From positions 1 to 55,380 of IMG/VR virus record IMGVR_UViG_3300037339_000563: a DNA stretch of 55,380 nucleotides; one strand, written 5' to 3'. Made by a program: the position numbers and the translations under genes. Below the pieces are notes generated by a model. The model made no database searches, had not been told where the DNA came from, and saw only the letters and a list, made by a program, of their open reading frames with translations. This DNA comes from a virus (lineage: Duplodnaviria; Caudoviricetes). Positions 10,249 to 19,302 of the stretch are shown one piece after another; positions within the stretch are counted from its first letter, which is position 1; each line of letters begins with the position of its first letter.

Positions 10249-11013
10249 TTAAACAGCAGAAACGATTCGCGCTTCCTTGACGTCCGGCTCATCTCGTATG
10301 TAGGCGTGCCATATCTCCTCGGTCAGGATCATCATCCTGCCTCTCCTCATAGCATCGACAACCTGAACCCTCCCGTGCCTCCTGAAATCCCAGCACTTCT
10401 TACAAAGTCCATCTCCAGAATGACGAGTGCGCTCATCTGAGCCTGACGCTCCACACAAAATACAACAATCGAGTCCGTAGTGGAGCGACCACTTCCTGGT
10501 CTCTGTCCGTAAATATTCAATAATATCCTGGACTTGATCGAAAGTTATCATGTACTTCCGCGTACCGTATCTCTTCCATACCTGGCCTAGTGCATCGCGC
10601 GCCCTTTGGATCTGACGCCAGTCGTAACCGGTTTCCCTTTCGATCTGTAGGCGCGTATTGGTTCCCTGTGTCGGTGAGAAGCCAAGTTCGTAACAACGCC
10701 TCTCGATAGCCAGGCGGTTTCTACGAGGGAGCAGGCTCATCAGCTCAAAAATGCTCAGATGACCAACGTTCTTAACGAGCACCAGATCTTCGTCAGGCCG
10801 CCACGGATAAGTTATACGACCAGACCTGCAGACGGTCCTGAGCCCCTTCTCGGCCCTGATGTTCATCTCAGTGGCCTTGTTTCGGACTGACTTAACCGTT
10901 TTTCCAAGAATAACAGCAAGCTCGGCATCCCGCTGGGTGCCCCATAGCTTGCGTATGATGTCCTCTTGTTCCGAGGTCCATCTGGATTTCTTACCTGGAA
11001 CAGGTCCGCCCAT
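10249..11013 (-). CDS. Myb/HTH-repeat DNA-binding protein with C-terminal Cys cluster
   Basis: RWTSEQEDIIRKLW and PWRPDEDLVL repeats; CxxC...CxxC; start estimated. Confidence 0.65.
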   Translation of the reverse strand: MGGPVPGKKSRWTSEQEDIIRKLWGTQRDAELAVILGKTVKSVRNKATEMNIRAEKGLRTVCRSGRITYPWRPDEDLVLVKNVGHLSIFELMSLLPRRNRLAIERRCYELGFSPTQGTNTRLQIERETGYDWRQIQRARDALGQVWKRYGTRKYMITFDQVQDIIEYLRTETRKWSLHYGLDCCILCGASGSDERTRHSGDGLCKKCWDFRRHGRVQVVDAMRRGRMMILTEEIWHAYIRDEPDVKEARIVSAV

Positions 11014-11128
11014 ACCGGCGGATACTATTTGGTCAACTAGGATTGCGCAAATTTTTACGTGAAGATCTAGACAAGCAAACGCCCGCACTTACCATCGGTA
11101 AGTTGGCGGGCATACTAGAGAAACGAAA

Positions 11129-11719
11129 CTAAGGCAGCTGCTGCCTGTAGTTGTCCAACAGCTCTGTGGAGGCCGCCGGATTACCGGCCAACACCGCCAG
11201 AACAGCCTTCCACGCCCATTCGGCCTGGAACTCGGTCGGGGCGAACATCTCCTTCCAGAAAGCGGAGATCTCCTTCTCTCGATCCGAGGCGTAGGAAAGA
11301 AGAATACCCTTCTCGGCCGTTGGCATCTGCTCGCCCATCATTTTGATGGCTTCAAGAGCCATTAGATTGCACATGGCAATGTAGGGAGCCTTGTCGCACT
11401 TGGAGTCAACCGTCTTCTTCTCATCACCGAGTTCATAGGCCTCGATGCCGTTGAGAAGCCTACCCTCTCTGGAGTGAGAGAAATAGACCGGCTTCCAGAA
11501 CGCAAGCGCTTGCTCGACCTTGCGAGCATGAACCGAAATCCGCTTCTCGATAACGGCATGGCCCTCGTCGGACTTCATCCGTTGCTCGATCATCTCGTAG
11601 AGACGCTCCATCGCAATCGGATCAATACCCTTCTTCTCGCCATCGGGGCGCTGGCTCCTGCCAACCTGACCTACTGGAAATCCATCTGGGCCTAATAGCG
11701 ACGACATCATCATCTCCAT
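11129..11719 (-). CDS. hypothetical protein
   Basis: 196-aa ORF in operon. Confidence 0.65.
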   Translation of the reverse strand: MEMMMSSLLGPDGFPVGQVGRSQRPDGEKKGIDPIAMERLYEMIEQRMKSDEGHAVIEKRISVHARKVEQALAFWKPVYFSHSREGRLLNGIEAYELGDEKKTVDSKCDKAPYIAMCNLMALEAIKMMGEQMPTAEKGILLSYASDREKEISAFWKEMFAPTEFQAEWAWKAVLAVLAGNPAASTELLDNYRQQLP

Positions 11720-11734
11720 CTAGTTAAGCAGAAC

Positions 11735-12208
11735 CTACGATGCCTTCTTCTTGGCATCCTCGACGACGCACCGCGATCCTGGCGGGGCCTTGCTGAAACC
11801 ATCCTGAATGTTCTCGAACTGACCACAGCGATAATGATCGGTCATTCCAGAGACCCTGAACAAGCCAAGCGTGTGCTTGACCTCAAGAGCCTCGTCGAGG
11901 CCAAGGTCTACAGCATGTCCAACGGCCGACATCACCTCGGCGACAACGTCAAGGCCGCGCTGCTGGGCGATCCTGGAAGTTGACTCTACAATCTGACCAA
12001 GCTGTGGGTAGCGCTCGTTCATCTTATTATGGTGCTGAAGCCTGCAAGCGCTTGCGCGGGTGCAAATATCCAGGCAAGCAGACCTGCCGTGCATTTCTTG
12101 CTCGCCGAACTGGGCAACGGCCCGACCCTGCCCATAGCCCAAGTGTCCAAGGCAGTCCCATTTGGCAATAGCCTCACGAATCTGCCTTCTTTTCTTACCG
12201 AACCCCAT
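11735..12208 (-). CDS. hypothetical Cys-containing protein
   Basis: 157-aa ORF abutting upstream gene. Confidence 0.65.
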   Translation of the reverse strand: MGFGKKRRQIREAIAKWDCLGHLGYGQGRAVAQFGEQEMHGRSACLDICTRASACRLQHHNKMNERYPQLGQIVESTSRIAQQRGLDVVAEVMSAVGHAVDLGLDEALEVKHTLGLFRVSGMTDHYRCGQFENIQDGFSKAPPGSRCVVEDAKKKAS

Positions 12209-13159
12209 CTACTCGTCCACCTTTGATTCCTTGATCATCCGCCACAGGAGATCGCGCCCGTGAATCGGCTTGCCGCTGTTCGGATCGACGGCGACGATCA
12301 GAACGCCAAGACGACGCTCCATTTTGGCGATGTACGCGCTGCGGTCCTTGTCCTTGATCTTAGAGAAGTCATTATTAGCCAAGAAGTCTTGGCAGATAAG
12401 CTCAAGATTGTGGCCAATCTTCTCCGAACCGGTTAACCCCTGAGCCCTACCCATGGCGGCATCCCACGTCTCAAGCTGGGAGTCATACATGCCAAATTGT
12501 CTCGTATGAAGCTCCTCGGGCTTCTGAAGCACTGGCGATGCGTCGGCACTAACCGGACGAGCCGAAGAGGCAGCCGTGTCGTCCGGCATCTCCCTCTCCT
12601 CGTCATCAACATTGCGTCCGGCCGAGACCGCCTTGGCCGACTTGATCGCCTTCTTTAGCTCCTCGAAGGTCAGCTCCTTTGCCTTCTCCAGCCAGAGGGC
12701 GATGCTGTCCCTGTTTGCAACCCCAGAGAGCAAATACACCTTCGACCGACCAATCGAAACCAGCTCGTCGATGACCGACTCCGGCATCTCCTGCTGGACC
12801 GCGAAGTAGTAGTAAGCGAAGCGAAGATTCTCGGCCGTCCTCTTTTGGAGGCCAACCTCCTGCTCGCAGTACTCGCCGAAGTTTTTGTAACCCCACTTCT
12901 CGAACAGCGACGTACGATTATGCTTGGATCCGTCGCCGATCATCAGCCCTCGATAGCCACCGGGGACGCCGTCGTAGACGTCATAGAGAACCCGGCCCAG
13001 ATCCCAGTACTTATGGGAAATCTCCCGAACCAAAGTCTGGGCTTCGCTTCGTAGCTGGTTCTCCGCCTTGAGAAGATCTTCCTCGGACACCTTCTGCGTG
13101 TTCGAACCAACGATCTTCTTCTCACCGTTTCCAACTACTCGGAGCGTCGTCATACCCAT
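12209..13159 (-). CDS. hypothetical helical protein
   Basis: long ORF with strong codon bias; start moved to MGMTT after GGAGAA. Confidence 0.7.
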   Translation of the reverse strand: MGMTTLRVVGNGEKKIVGSNTQKVSEEDLLKAENQLRSEAQTLVREISHKYWDLGRVLYDVYDGVPGGYRGLMIGDGSKHNRTSLFEKWGYKNFGEYCEQEVGLQKRTAENLRFAYYYFAVQQEMPESVIDELVSIGRSKVYLLSGVANRDSIALWLEKAKELTFEELKKAIKSAKAVSAGRNVDDEEREMPDDTAASSARPVSADASPVLQKPEELHTRQFGMYDSQLETWDAAMGRAQGLTGSEKIGHNLELICQDFLANNDFSKIKDKDRSAYIAKMERRLGVLIVAVDPNSGKPIHGRDLLWRMIKESKVDE

Positions 13160-13276
13160 CTTGTTCTCCCTCGGGTTCGTTCGTCTTGAATCGAAAAACA
13201 GCCTTACCACAGCCCCATGGCCCAAGGGGATAGTCTCGCTCCTTAGAAAGCACCTTGAGCGAGGTCCGCATCAAGG

Positions 13277-13648
13277 CTACGAGATCTTCCTGGGGCCTTC
13301 TTGTCTAGCATCTGAGGCCCCAAGTTCGTCATTGTCAACATCATAGAAGAACTCCACTTTCTTCGCCCTAATCTCCGTGAGCTTCCCATATTTTCCGGGA
13401 CGATTCATCAGCTCCCCGGTGATCACACAGTAAGAACCATCGCGTCCATCCTGCTCACATTGCGCCGCAACAGATCCATACGCATTCACCCTAACCCTGG
13501 TAACCCTCTGCCCGCCGTCGCCTGACGCGACCGAAAAAGAACAAGCTTCTTCGCCGTCTCCAGTGGTGCCGGACAAGACGCGACCCTCCATCCGGCCGCT
13601 GATCATCACCTGGTTATGACCGCTTGATCTTCGCCTTGTTTGAGTCAT
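13277..13648 (-). CDS. ssb: single-stranded DNA-binding protein (OB fold)
   Basis: NQVMISGRM...FSVAS...VRVNAYG...VITGEL...EIRAKKVEF. Confidence 0.75.
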   Translation of the reverse strand: MTQTRRRSSGHNQVMISGRMEGRVLSGTTGDGEEACSFSVASGDGGQRVTRVRVNAYGSVAAQCEQDGRDGSYCVITGELMNRPGKYGKLTEIRAKKVEFFYDVDNDELGASDARQEGPRKIS

Positions 13649-14234
13649 CGTGACCGCCTGCTGGAGTGGCGGTCACCTTACCCCAACAGTACTTAGCCGC
13701 GACATAGGCGTCCATTTCATCTTGGGTTGGGAACACAAGCCCCTGCGCCCTCAGTCGACCCTCGATGAGATCCTTGACGGTAGCTCGCTTCTTCTTCCCA
13801 TGAGCCCCTGGGATATCCCCATACGAGACCCTGCGCTTCTTCTTGCCCTTGGAATCGACGTAGTCGACGAAGGTGCGCTCGATCTTACCAACGACGACCT
13901 TACGCATCTCTGTGGCCTCCTTGACCATCGGGAACTTGCCGCTAGCCAGATAGACCTGCACCTTGACTACGCCGTGGATCTCCCCTATCGCCGCTGCCTG
14001 CCACATCTGATTCTTCGCGGGCGCTTCGATGATGATGTGGTCGGGAATCTCGCCATTGATAAGACTGACGATCCGCTCAGTAATGGCGACAAGCCTGAGG
14101 ACGCGCTCCTCCACGCTCTTGGCCTCACCCTGCGGACAAAGCTCAGTCCGCATCGTCGGATCGCCGCCTGGATCGCCTTCCAGGAGACAGATGCCGGTAC
14201 CCTTCAGGCTAAGATCGAGACCCAGAACCTTCAT
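13614..14234 (-). CDS. ruvC: RuvC-like Holliday junction resolvase
   Basis: MKVLGLDLSLKGTG, IIIEAP, DEMDAYVAA. Confidence 0.8.
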   Translation of the reverse strand: MKVLGLDLSLKGTGICLLEGDPGGDPTMRTELCPQGEAKSVEERVLRLVAITERIVSLINGEIPDHIIIEAPAKNQMWQAAAIGEIHGVVKVQVYLASGKFPMVKEATEMRKVVVGKIERTFVDYVDSKGKKKRRVSYGDIPGAHGKKKRATVKDLIEGRLRAQGLVFPTQDEMDAYVAAKYCWGKVTATPAGGHDDSNKAKIKRS

Positions 14235-14595
14235 CTCTGAGCCTTCTCTGCGCGCGTGCTCTGGCAATGCCAGAAACAGCAACTATTGACGACAATATCC
14301 TGTCCGCTTCAGTGGACCGGACGACTCCATCATCGGAGATCTTCTGGTTGATTGAATTTTCAACCTCGACAACAAATTCACAGATCCTGTCCTTGTTCTC
14401 CCGGCCCCATGGACTGGAGTAAAGGAAACACCTGGCGCACGAAAAGTAACTATTGGGCGGCTTACCGACGATCCATCGTGACCCCGTCGAGCACGTCATG
14501 CACGGCATGGACGTAGCGCCTGCGTCAAATGGACGAATCCACTCGGTGTCTATAATGATCGGTCTATTCATTGTCATAGCACCCCCGAAAAACAC
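14209..14595 (-). CDS. hypothetical Zn-finger protein
   Basis: CMTC...CARC. Confidence 0.55.
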   Translation of the reverse strand: MFFGGAMTMNRPIIIDTEWIRPFDAGATSMPCMTCSTGSRWIVGKPPNSYFSCARCFLYSSPWGRENKDRICEFVVEVENSINQKISDDGVVRSTEADRILSSIVAVSGIARARAQRRLRDEGSGSRS

Positions 14596-15470
14596 TGCTT
14601 GGAAACATCACAGACGCCAGCCCTGGGACACCCTGGCGAATCACACGCTACCCTTGGAGGAATAGCTCCGCCAGCGAGTCCAATCCTGATCTCTTTGATA
14701 GCGGACTGAACCATCGACACAGTCTCCGAATCATACAGGACGTCGTGCTCTGCGATACCATCCATCCCGAACTTGCCCTTGTTAAGGTACAGGATTTTGG
14801 CCCGCTTGATGCCCGTCAGCCACATGTAGCACTGACACTGTATTACGTGCATGAAATCAGGCGCCTTCTCGTACTTTACGAAGTTCGAATCCGAGGCACT
14901 CTTGAACTCAAGAACCACCAGATCGTTAACCGTAAAGCTGAGAGGATCTCCGTCGACCAGATATCCGTCCGGGCTGCCGCCGACCATATATTCAGCGTTA
15001 CCGAGCCATTCTTCGGCAAATACGAACGACTCATTCCTGGACGTCAGGATGGGCTTGTTGTTAATCCTCCGCGACTCGCCGGCAACCCCACCGCAACGAA
15101 TGCAGCTACCCGGCCTGGGGACCAGACCCTCCCTGAATGAACCATAGACCTCCCCGCACCAGGTACACCTCCAGGAGCCGACGATTCTCCCCGTGGCAGC
15201 CATCACCTTATTCTGCATCATCCAGTGGACGGCATGCCCTGACTCAAATACCAGACCAAGATTAGGATCAACCCCTTTGGTTCTGGGAATGCCAAAACGA
15301 TACCGAAGAACTTCCTCGCGAGGACAGAGTCCACCAATCGACGATATGCGGATCCAGTCGTCAGGGTTCATCGGGGCGAACTCCCCAATGTCCTGCCGCA
15401 TCGCCTGCTCGATCAGCTCTTTGGCGCTGACAGTCTTTTTTTGCTTCCGAAGAAGCCTAGAAAGCGCCAT
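14574..15470 (-). CDS. Cas4-like PD-(D/E)XK exonuclease
   Basis: CPR, GHAVH, GSPDG, LEFKS, QCQCY, C-terminal Cys triad. Confidence 0.8.
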   Translation of the reverse strand: MALSRLLRKQKKTVSAKELIEQAMRQDIGEFAPMNPDDWIRISSIGGLCPREEVLRYRFGIPRTKGVDPNLGLVFESGHAVHWMMQNKVMAATGRIVGSWRCTWCGEVYGSFREGLVPRPGSCIRCGGVAGESRRINNKPILTSRNESFVFAEEWLGNAEYMVGGSPDGYLVDGDPLSFTVNDLVVLEFKSASDSNFVKYEKAPDFMHVIQCQCYMWLTGIKRAKILYLNKGKFGMDGIAEHDVLYDSETVSMVQSAIKEIRIGLAGGAIPPRVACDSPGCPRAGVCDVSKQCFSGVL

Positions 15471-15757
15471 AGCAACCCTCTCCTTGGAACGTGAACTGGA
15501 ATGTCAAACCTACCGCGTATGGCATCAACGGCGCCCGTCGCCAGGCGTCCGGTCTCCGGAAACGTCATCTCGTATCCGCACTCTGGGCATTCAAACAGGT
15601 GCCTGTCGGCGTTTTCCTGAAGCTCATCGCCACACGGGACGCACTGCAGCCAAACCCTAGGACCTGAAGACAGGTCGCCAATCATCTCCACGCGAATCTC
15701 AACAACCCCATCAGCCGGGACCGTGAACCTATTCCTACTGGAAGCCAGATACGCCAT
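15413..15757 (-). CDS. Zn-ribbon protein
   Basis: CVPC...CPEC. Confidence 0.6.
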   Translation of the reverse strand: MAYLASSRNRFTVPADGVVEIRVEMIGDLSSGPRVWLQCVPCGDELQENADRHLFECPECGYEMTFPETGRLATGAVDAIRGRFDIPVHVPRRGLLWRFLGFFGSKKRLSAPKS

Positions 15758-15760
15758 AGA

Positions 15761-16054
15761 TTATCCAGGAACGGTCTCGTGCTTGATCGTTGCAACGACC
15801 ACGACCGTGCCGTCAGGGCTGCTATCGTCGTAAAGCGTAACAAGACCATGAAAGCAGCTGGCCCTGACATGAGTACCAAGCATAATGGACAGCCTAACGA
15901 TAAACTTCTGAACCATCGGCTCGCCGCCTATCTCGTCCACGCGAAATTGGAACCGGCTCCCGTCTCGAATCGAGGCGCAGGCCTGCTGAAACAGCGCTTC
16001 CTCAATGGAAGCCCTGCGTCTGCTCACCCTTCTCTCCCGAAGCCATCCAAACAC
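15761..16054 (-). CDS. hypothetical protein
   Basis: 97-aa ORF in tight operon. Confidence 0.55.
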   Translation of the reverse strand: MFGWLRERRVSRRRASIEEALFQQACASIRDGSRFQFRVDEIGGEPMVQKFIVRLSIMLGTHVRASCFHGLVTLYDDSSPDGTVVVVATIKHETVPG

Positions 16055-16059
16055 ATGGA

Positions 16060-16314
16060 CTATTCAACAAGCTCAACCGGTTTGGTCGACCGATCTATGC
16101 TTGCGACGTAGATGACCTGCTCCACGTCGCTGTTCTTGGTGTTGATCTCTAGGCACATCTGTTTGAACGAGAACGCCTGAGACGAGTCGTCCTCTGCATT
16201 CAGGAGGACCAATCTCATACCAGGAATGCCAGAAACCTGCGGAAGATCACCCTTCCAGATGACCCTATCCTGGGAACCGTGCGCCACGCCTGCCATCTGA
16301 ATTCTGCTCTTCAT
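16060..16314 (-). CDS. hypothetical protein
   Basis: 84-aa ORF in tight operon. Confidence 0.6.
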   Translation of the reverse strand: MKSRIQMAGVAHGSQDRVIWKGDLPQVSGIPGMRLVLLNAEDDSSQAFSFKQMCLEINTKNSDVEQVIYVASIDRSTKPVELVE

Positions 16315-16316
16315 AA

Positions 16317-16853
16317 TTACCTTCTGGTGAGTCCGCGAACCTTCAACTCAGCCAGAGCGTCGCCTTTCGAAATAGAAGACTTCCTGGCCACTCCTCTGAA
16401 CTTTTGCTTGTAGGCAATGAAATATCGCATCGTGTCCATGAGCCTCACAAACACGATGCCAAGCGTCATCTGCTCATCTCTGTCAGCCCATCCGTCAACG
16501 ATCCTAGACAGCCTTTCAAAGAACTTCTCGGCCGCGTCGTCGGGCACTGCGCCCTTCAGCGAAGTAAACGTCTCAGAGATCATCTCATCAGTACGCTTAC
16601 ACAAATCCTCGTCATCGCGGACCTGACGCAGGCTTGTACAGGTTACACCCCTGCGCCTTCCAAGCTTGGCCATCTGCAAAATGGCAGCATCAATAGCCGC
16701 GACCTCCAGCTCTGATACTGGCAATGGCGGGTGGTGGGTGAATTCTGGCTGGCTCTCGCTATTCCCTTCCACGATAAGCCTCCAGTAGCTCCTGTACAAA
16801 ACCAGCCGGTAGGAGAACCCAGTCTCTGTTGACGAACTTAGGAGGCGACTCAA
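16317..16853 (-). CDS. hypothetical protein (true start probably downstream of 16759)
   Basis: fills gap; 5' end overlaps upstream gene. Confidence 0.55.
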   Translation of the reverse strand: MSRLLSSSTETGFSYRLVLYRSYWRLIVEGNSESQPEFTHHPPLPVSELEVAAIDAAILQMAKLGRRRGVTCTSLRQVRDDEDLCKRTDEMISETFTSLKGAVPDDAAEKFFERLSRIVDGWADRDEQMTLGIVFVRLMDTMRYFIAYKQKFRGVARKSSISKGDALAELKVRGLTRR

Positions 16854-17142
16854 TCTCTATCGCCACGCATGGAATCTTGTTGTAATAGCTGGCTTCCTTG
16901 GTGATCTTCGCAAGATATTCCAGCGTGATCGATATGGACTTCTTGTCCGTCCTCTTGCATTCGCCAAGAAGTTCAACCGACTTCACGTCTCCGCGCACGC
17001 CGGGAAGCGCACCGGACGCCTTCTGGCGCTTGCCGCCAACGTTCTTGGCAACCCGGTTCTCCTGAGCCATCGACTTCGCTCGCTGCTTCTTCTGCTCGCG
17101 GCCAGTAAAATACGACGGAAACTTTGGCTTCTCCTCGCTCAA
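16759..17142 (-). CDS. Hjc-like PD-(D/E)XK Holliday junction resolvase
   Basis: QENRVAK, ASGA, GDVK, GECK motifs. Confidence 0.75.
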   Translation of the reverse strand: MSEEKPKFPSYFTGREQKKQRAKSMAQENRVAKNVGGKRQKASGALPGVRGDVKSVELLGECKRTDKKSISITLEYLAKITKEASYYNKIPCVAIEIESPPKFVNRDWVLLPAGFVQELLEAYRGRE

Positions 17143-18317
17143 AGAGTCGCCTCATGCTCGATGCTGATGGTCCTGATGTGATTCATCAGCTTGAGCTTAA
17201 ATGCCTCGTACTCGTCTCGATTGATCATCCAGTGGCGCTCCAGGAGGGACTTGCCATCGAACTCCTGCCCTTCCCAGATGGTCGACGCCCGTCCACGACC
17301 AAGCTGAATCAGGCCTGTCTGCTGGCCCATTTTCATGGTGTAGTCCTCGTCGATTACGTCGCCGACTTTCTTTACCTCGGTGTCATGGAGGACAAGCCTG
17401 TACTCGCCTTCCATCTTCGCGACGCCGGTCTTGTTCTTCTCGTTGCGGAACTTCATGTCCACGCTCGTGATGATCTTGGTCTCCTTGTCTTCCTGGTACT
17501 TGCTCGGCGACATTCGAGTCTCCGTCGAAGTCGCAAACCCCTGAGCAAGGCCTCCGGGAACGGTTTCCGGGTTACCAAACATCACACCAATTTTCATGCG
17601 GATCTGGTTCGTGAACCACACAGTGGGCCGACGACCGTCTCGCTGAGAGACCGCATTGGTTCCAGCAACTAGCTTGCGAAACATATTACCGAGAAGCCTT
17701 GCCTGCGTGCCCATCGTCGGCTCCGCAGCAGATCTCTCAATCTCGGCCACTGGGGTCATAAACGCGACTGAATCGATCACGATGATATCGACTGCCCCCG
17801 ACCTAAGGAGGGAATCCGCAACGTCACAAGCTTGCTCTCCGGTCTCAGGAGACGAGAACACCAACCTGTTTACGTCGAGGAACTTCCGAGACCACGTGCT
17901 GTCCCAGACCCCCTCCACATCAAGCCAGGCAACGTTCACCTTGCGATAATCCCCGCACTCGCAGTTCGGCTTGAGACCGGACACGTCCACCTTCCAGATA
18001 GGGAAGGCGGGGGTCCAGCAGGATGAGCACATCCGCTGAGCGCGACCGACGGCCCGCAAGAAACACGTCGTCTTGGACGACGATTTGGGGCCGTAGAACA
18101 TCGAAACCCGACCAACCGGAAGGCCGCCGCCGAGGCTAACGTCCAACGGAAGGATGCCCGTTGTAATACGGGGCATGTTCTCGTGACCGTGATCCATAGC
18201 GAACTGGACCGCTCCCTTGCCGTAATTCTTCTCTGCTTGCTTGAAGTAGGCGCTAAGCTGCTCATCTCGATCGTCGGCAACCCTTGGCTTGTCTTCTTCC
18301 TTTGATTTCTTCGCCAT
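17139..18317 (-). CDS. recA: RecA/UvsX recombinase
   Basis: TTGILPLDVSLGGGLPVGR, YGPKSSSKTT, IVIDSVA, NQIRMKIGVMFGNPETVPGG. Confidence 0.93.
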   Translation of the reverse strand: MAKKSKEEDKPRVADDRDEQLSAYFKQAEKNYGKGAVQFAMDHGHENMPRITTGILPLDVSLGGGLPVGRVSMFYGPKSSSKTTCFLRAVGRAQRMCSSCWTPAFPIWKVDVSGLKPNCECGDYRKVNVAWLDVEGVWDSTWSRKFLDVNRLVFSSPETGEQACDVADSLLRSGAVDIIVIDSVAFMTPVAEIERSAAEPTMGTQARLLGNMFRKLVAGTNAVSQRDGRRPTVWFTNQIRMKIGVMFGNPETVPGGLAQGFATSTETRMSPSKYQEDKETKIITSVDMKFRNEKNKTGVAKMEGEYRLVLHDTEVKKVGDVIDEDYTMKMGQQTGLIQLGRGRASTIWEGQEFDGKSLLERHWMINRDEYEAFKLKLMNHIRTISIEHEATL

Positions 18318-18325
18318 AGATATCC

Positions 18326-18643
18326 CTAAAGTGAAGCTTGCCCGCTGCGCCCAGCAGTGATCATGTCTCGCTCGCGCGTTAGACGTTCCTCTGCCCATGC
18401 CTGAGCGAACTCGTACGCCTCTCCGATCTCTTCCAAGTAACACGGCACCGTTACCGATATGCCAATCTTGGCTGACTCGAAGTTGCCCAGATTAATCGTA
18501 AGCGCGTAGTCAACCGAAACCTTAGCTGGAGCGGTTTCGAATTTATGGACAGCGATAATATCCTCGGATTCGCTGCCAGTCGTCGGCCCGCGATTAGGGC
18601 CGACCGTCCTGGTGACGTAGATCGTAGAATTCTCCGACTTCAT
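18326..18643 (-). CDS. hypothetical phage protein
   Basis: TINLGNFESAKI motif; operon position. Confidence 0.65.
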   Translation of the reverse strand: MKSENSTIYVTRTVGPNRGPTTGSESEDIIAVHKFETAPAKVSVDYALTINLGNFESAKIGISVTVPCYLEEIGEAYEFAQAWAEERLTRERDMITAGRSGQASL

Positions 18644-19242
18644 TGCTCATCCCCCACGGGGACCCCGATGGCAGTCCACCCTTCTTCAATTTCCTGACGA
18701 AACATGTGGTCCGACGCCGACACGGTAGCGCCCCTCGTGCTCAAAACGGTTCTGACAACTCCGATCATCTCGGCCGTATACAGCCTCTCGTGCTTGTTCT
18801 TGCCGATCAGATAAAACGGCGTCTTCGGCAAGAGGCTGACGCGCTCCCACTGATGAATGGTAGGAACACTCCGACCGATAGCCCTGGCAAACGCACCGAC
18901 ATGAACCATATCGACCTCCTGCGTCTTGCCGCCGATCTTAACCATCATTGTGACTGGCTTGCGATGCTTTGGAGTTCTGACCTTAACCTTCGCTGGCGCT
19001 GGTCTTTCCTGTGACTTCTTTGCTCGATAATCTTTGTTTTGCTCTAAGACTTTCTCGCGATAACCCTTGTCTTTGTGATAGCGCTCCTTCCTGCGTTTAG
19101 AGAGCGCTTCCTTATTCTTCTCGTACCACCCTCGATACGTCCACTCGGGGGTCTGATCTGGCGCCTGATCGGGTGTCGGCGGCACAGGAAACTTGGCAGC
19201 CCTGCCGTTGCGTCTGCTGGCTACCTTCTCGTTTTCATTCAT
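18640..19242 (-). CDS. MerR-like HTH DNA-binding protein
   Basis: VGAFARAIGRSVPTIHQWER...RLYT. Confidence 0.65.
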   Translation of the reverse strand: MNENEKVASRRNGRAAKFPVPPTPDQAPDQTPEWTYRGWYEKNKEALSKRRKERYHKDKGYREKVLEQNKDYRAKKSQERPAPAKVKVRTPKHRKPVTMMVKIGGKTQEVDMVHVGAFARAIGRSVPTIHQWERVSLLPKTPFYLIGKNKHERLYTAEMIGVVRTVLSTRGATVSASDHMFRQEIEEGWTAIGVPVGDEQ

Positions 19243-19302
19243 CTGTTCCCCCGTCAAAGCGGCACCAAACTACCTAATAGATCTCCAACTGTCAATCCAC
19301 CG

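Noticed and set aside
14574-15470. Cas4-like nuclease as sign of a CRISPR-Cas system
   Set aside because: No cas1/cas2 or array; it sits among recombination genes as a stand-alone phage exonuclease.
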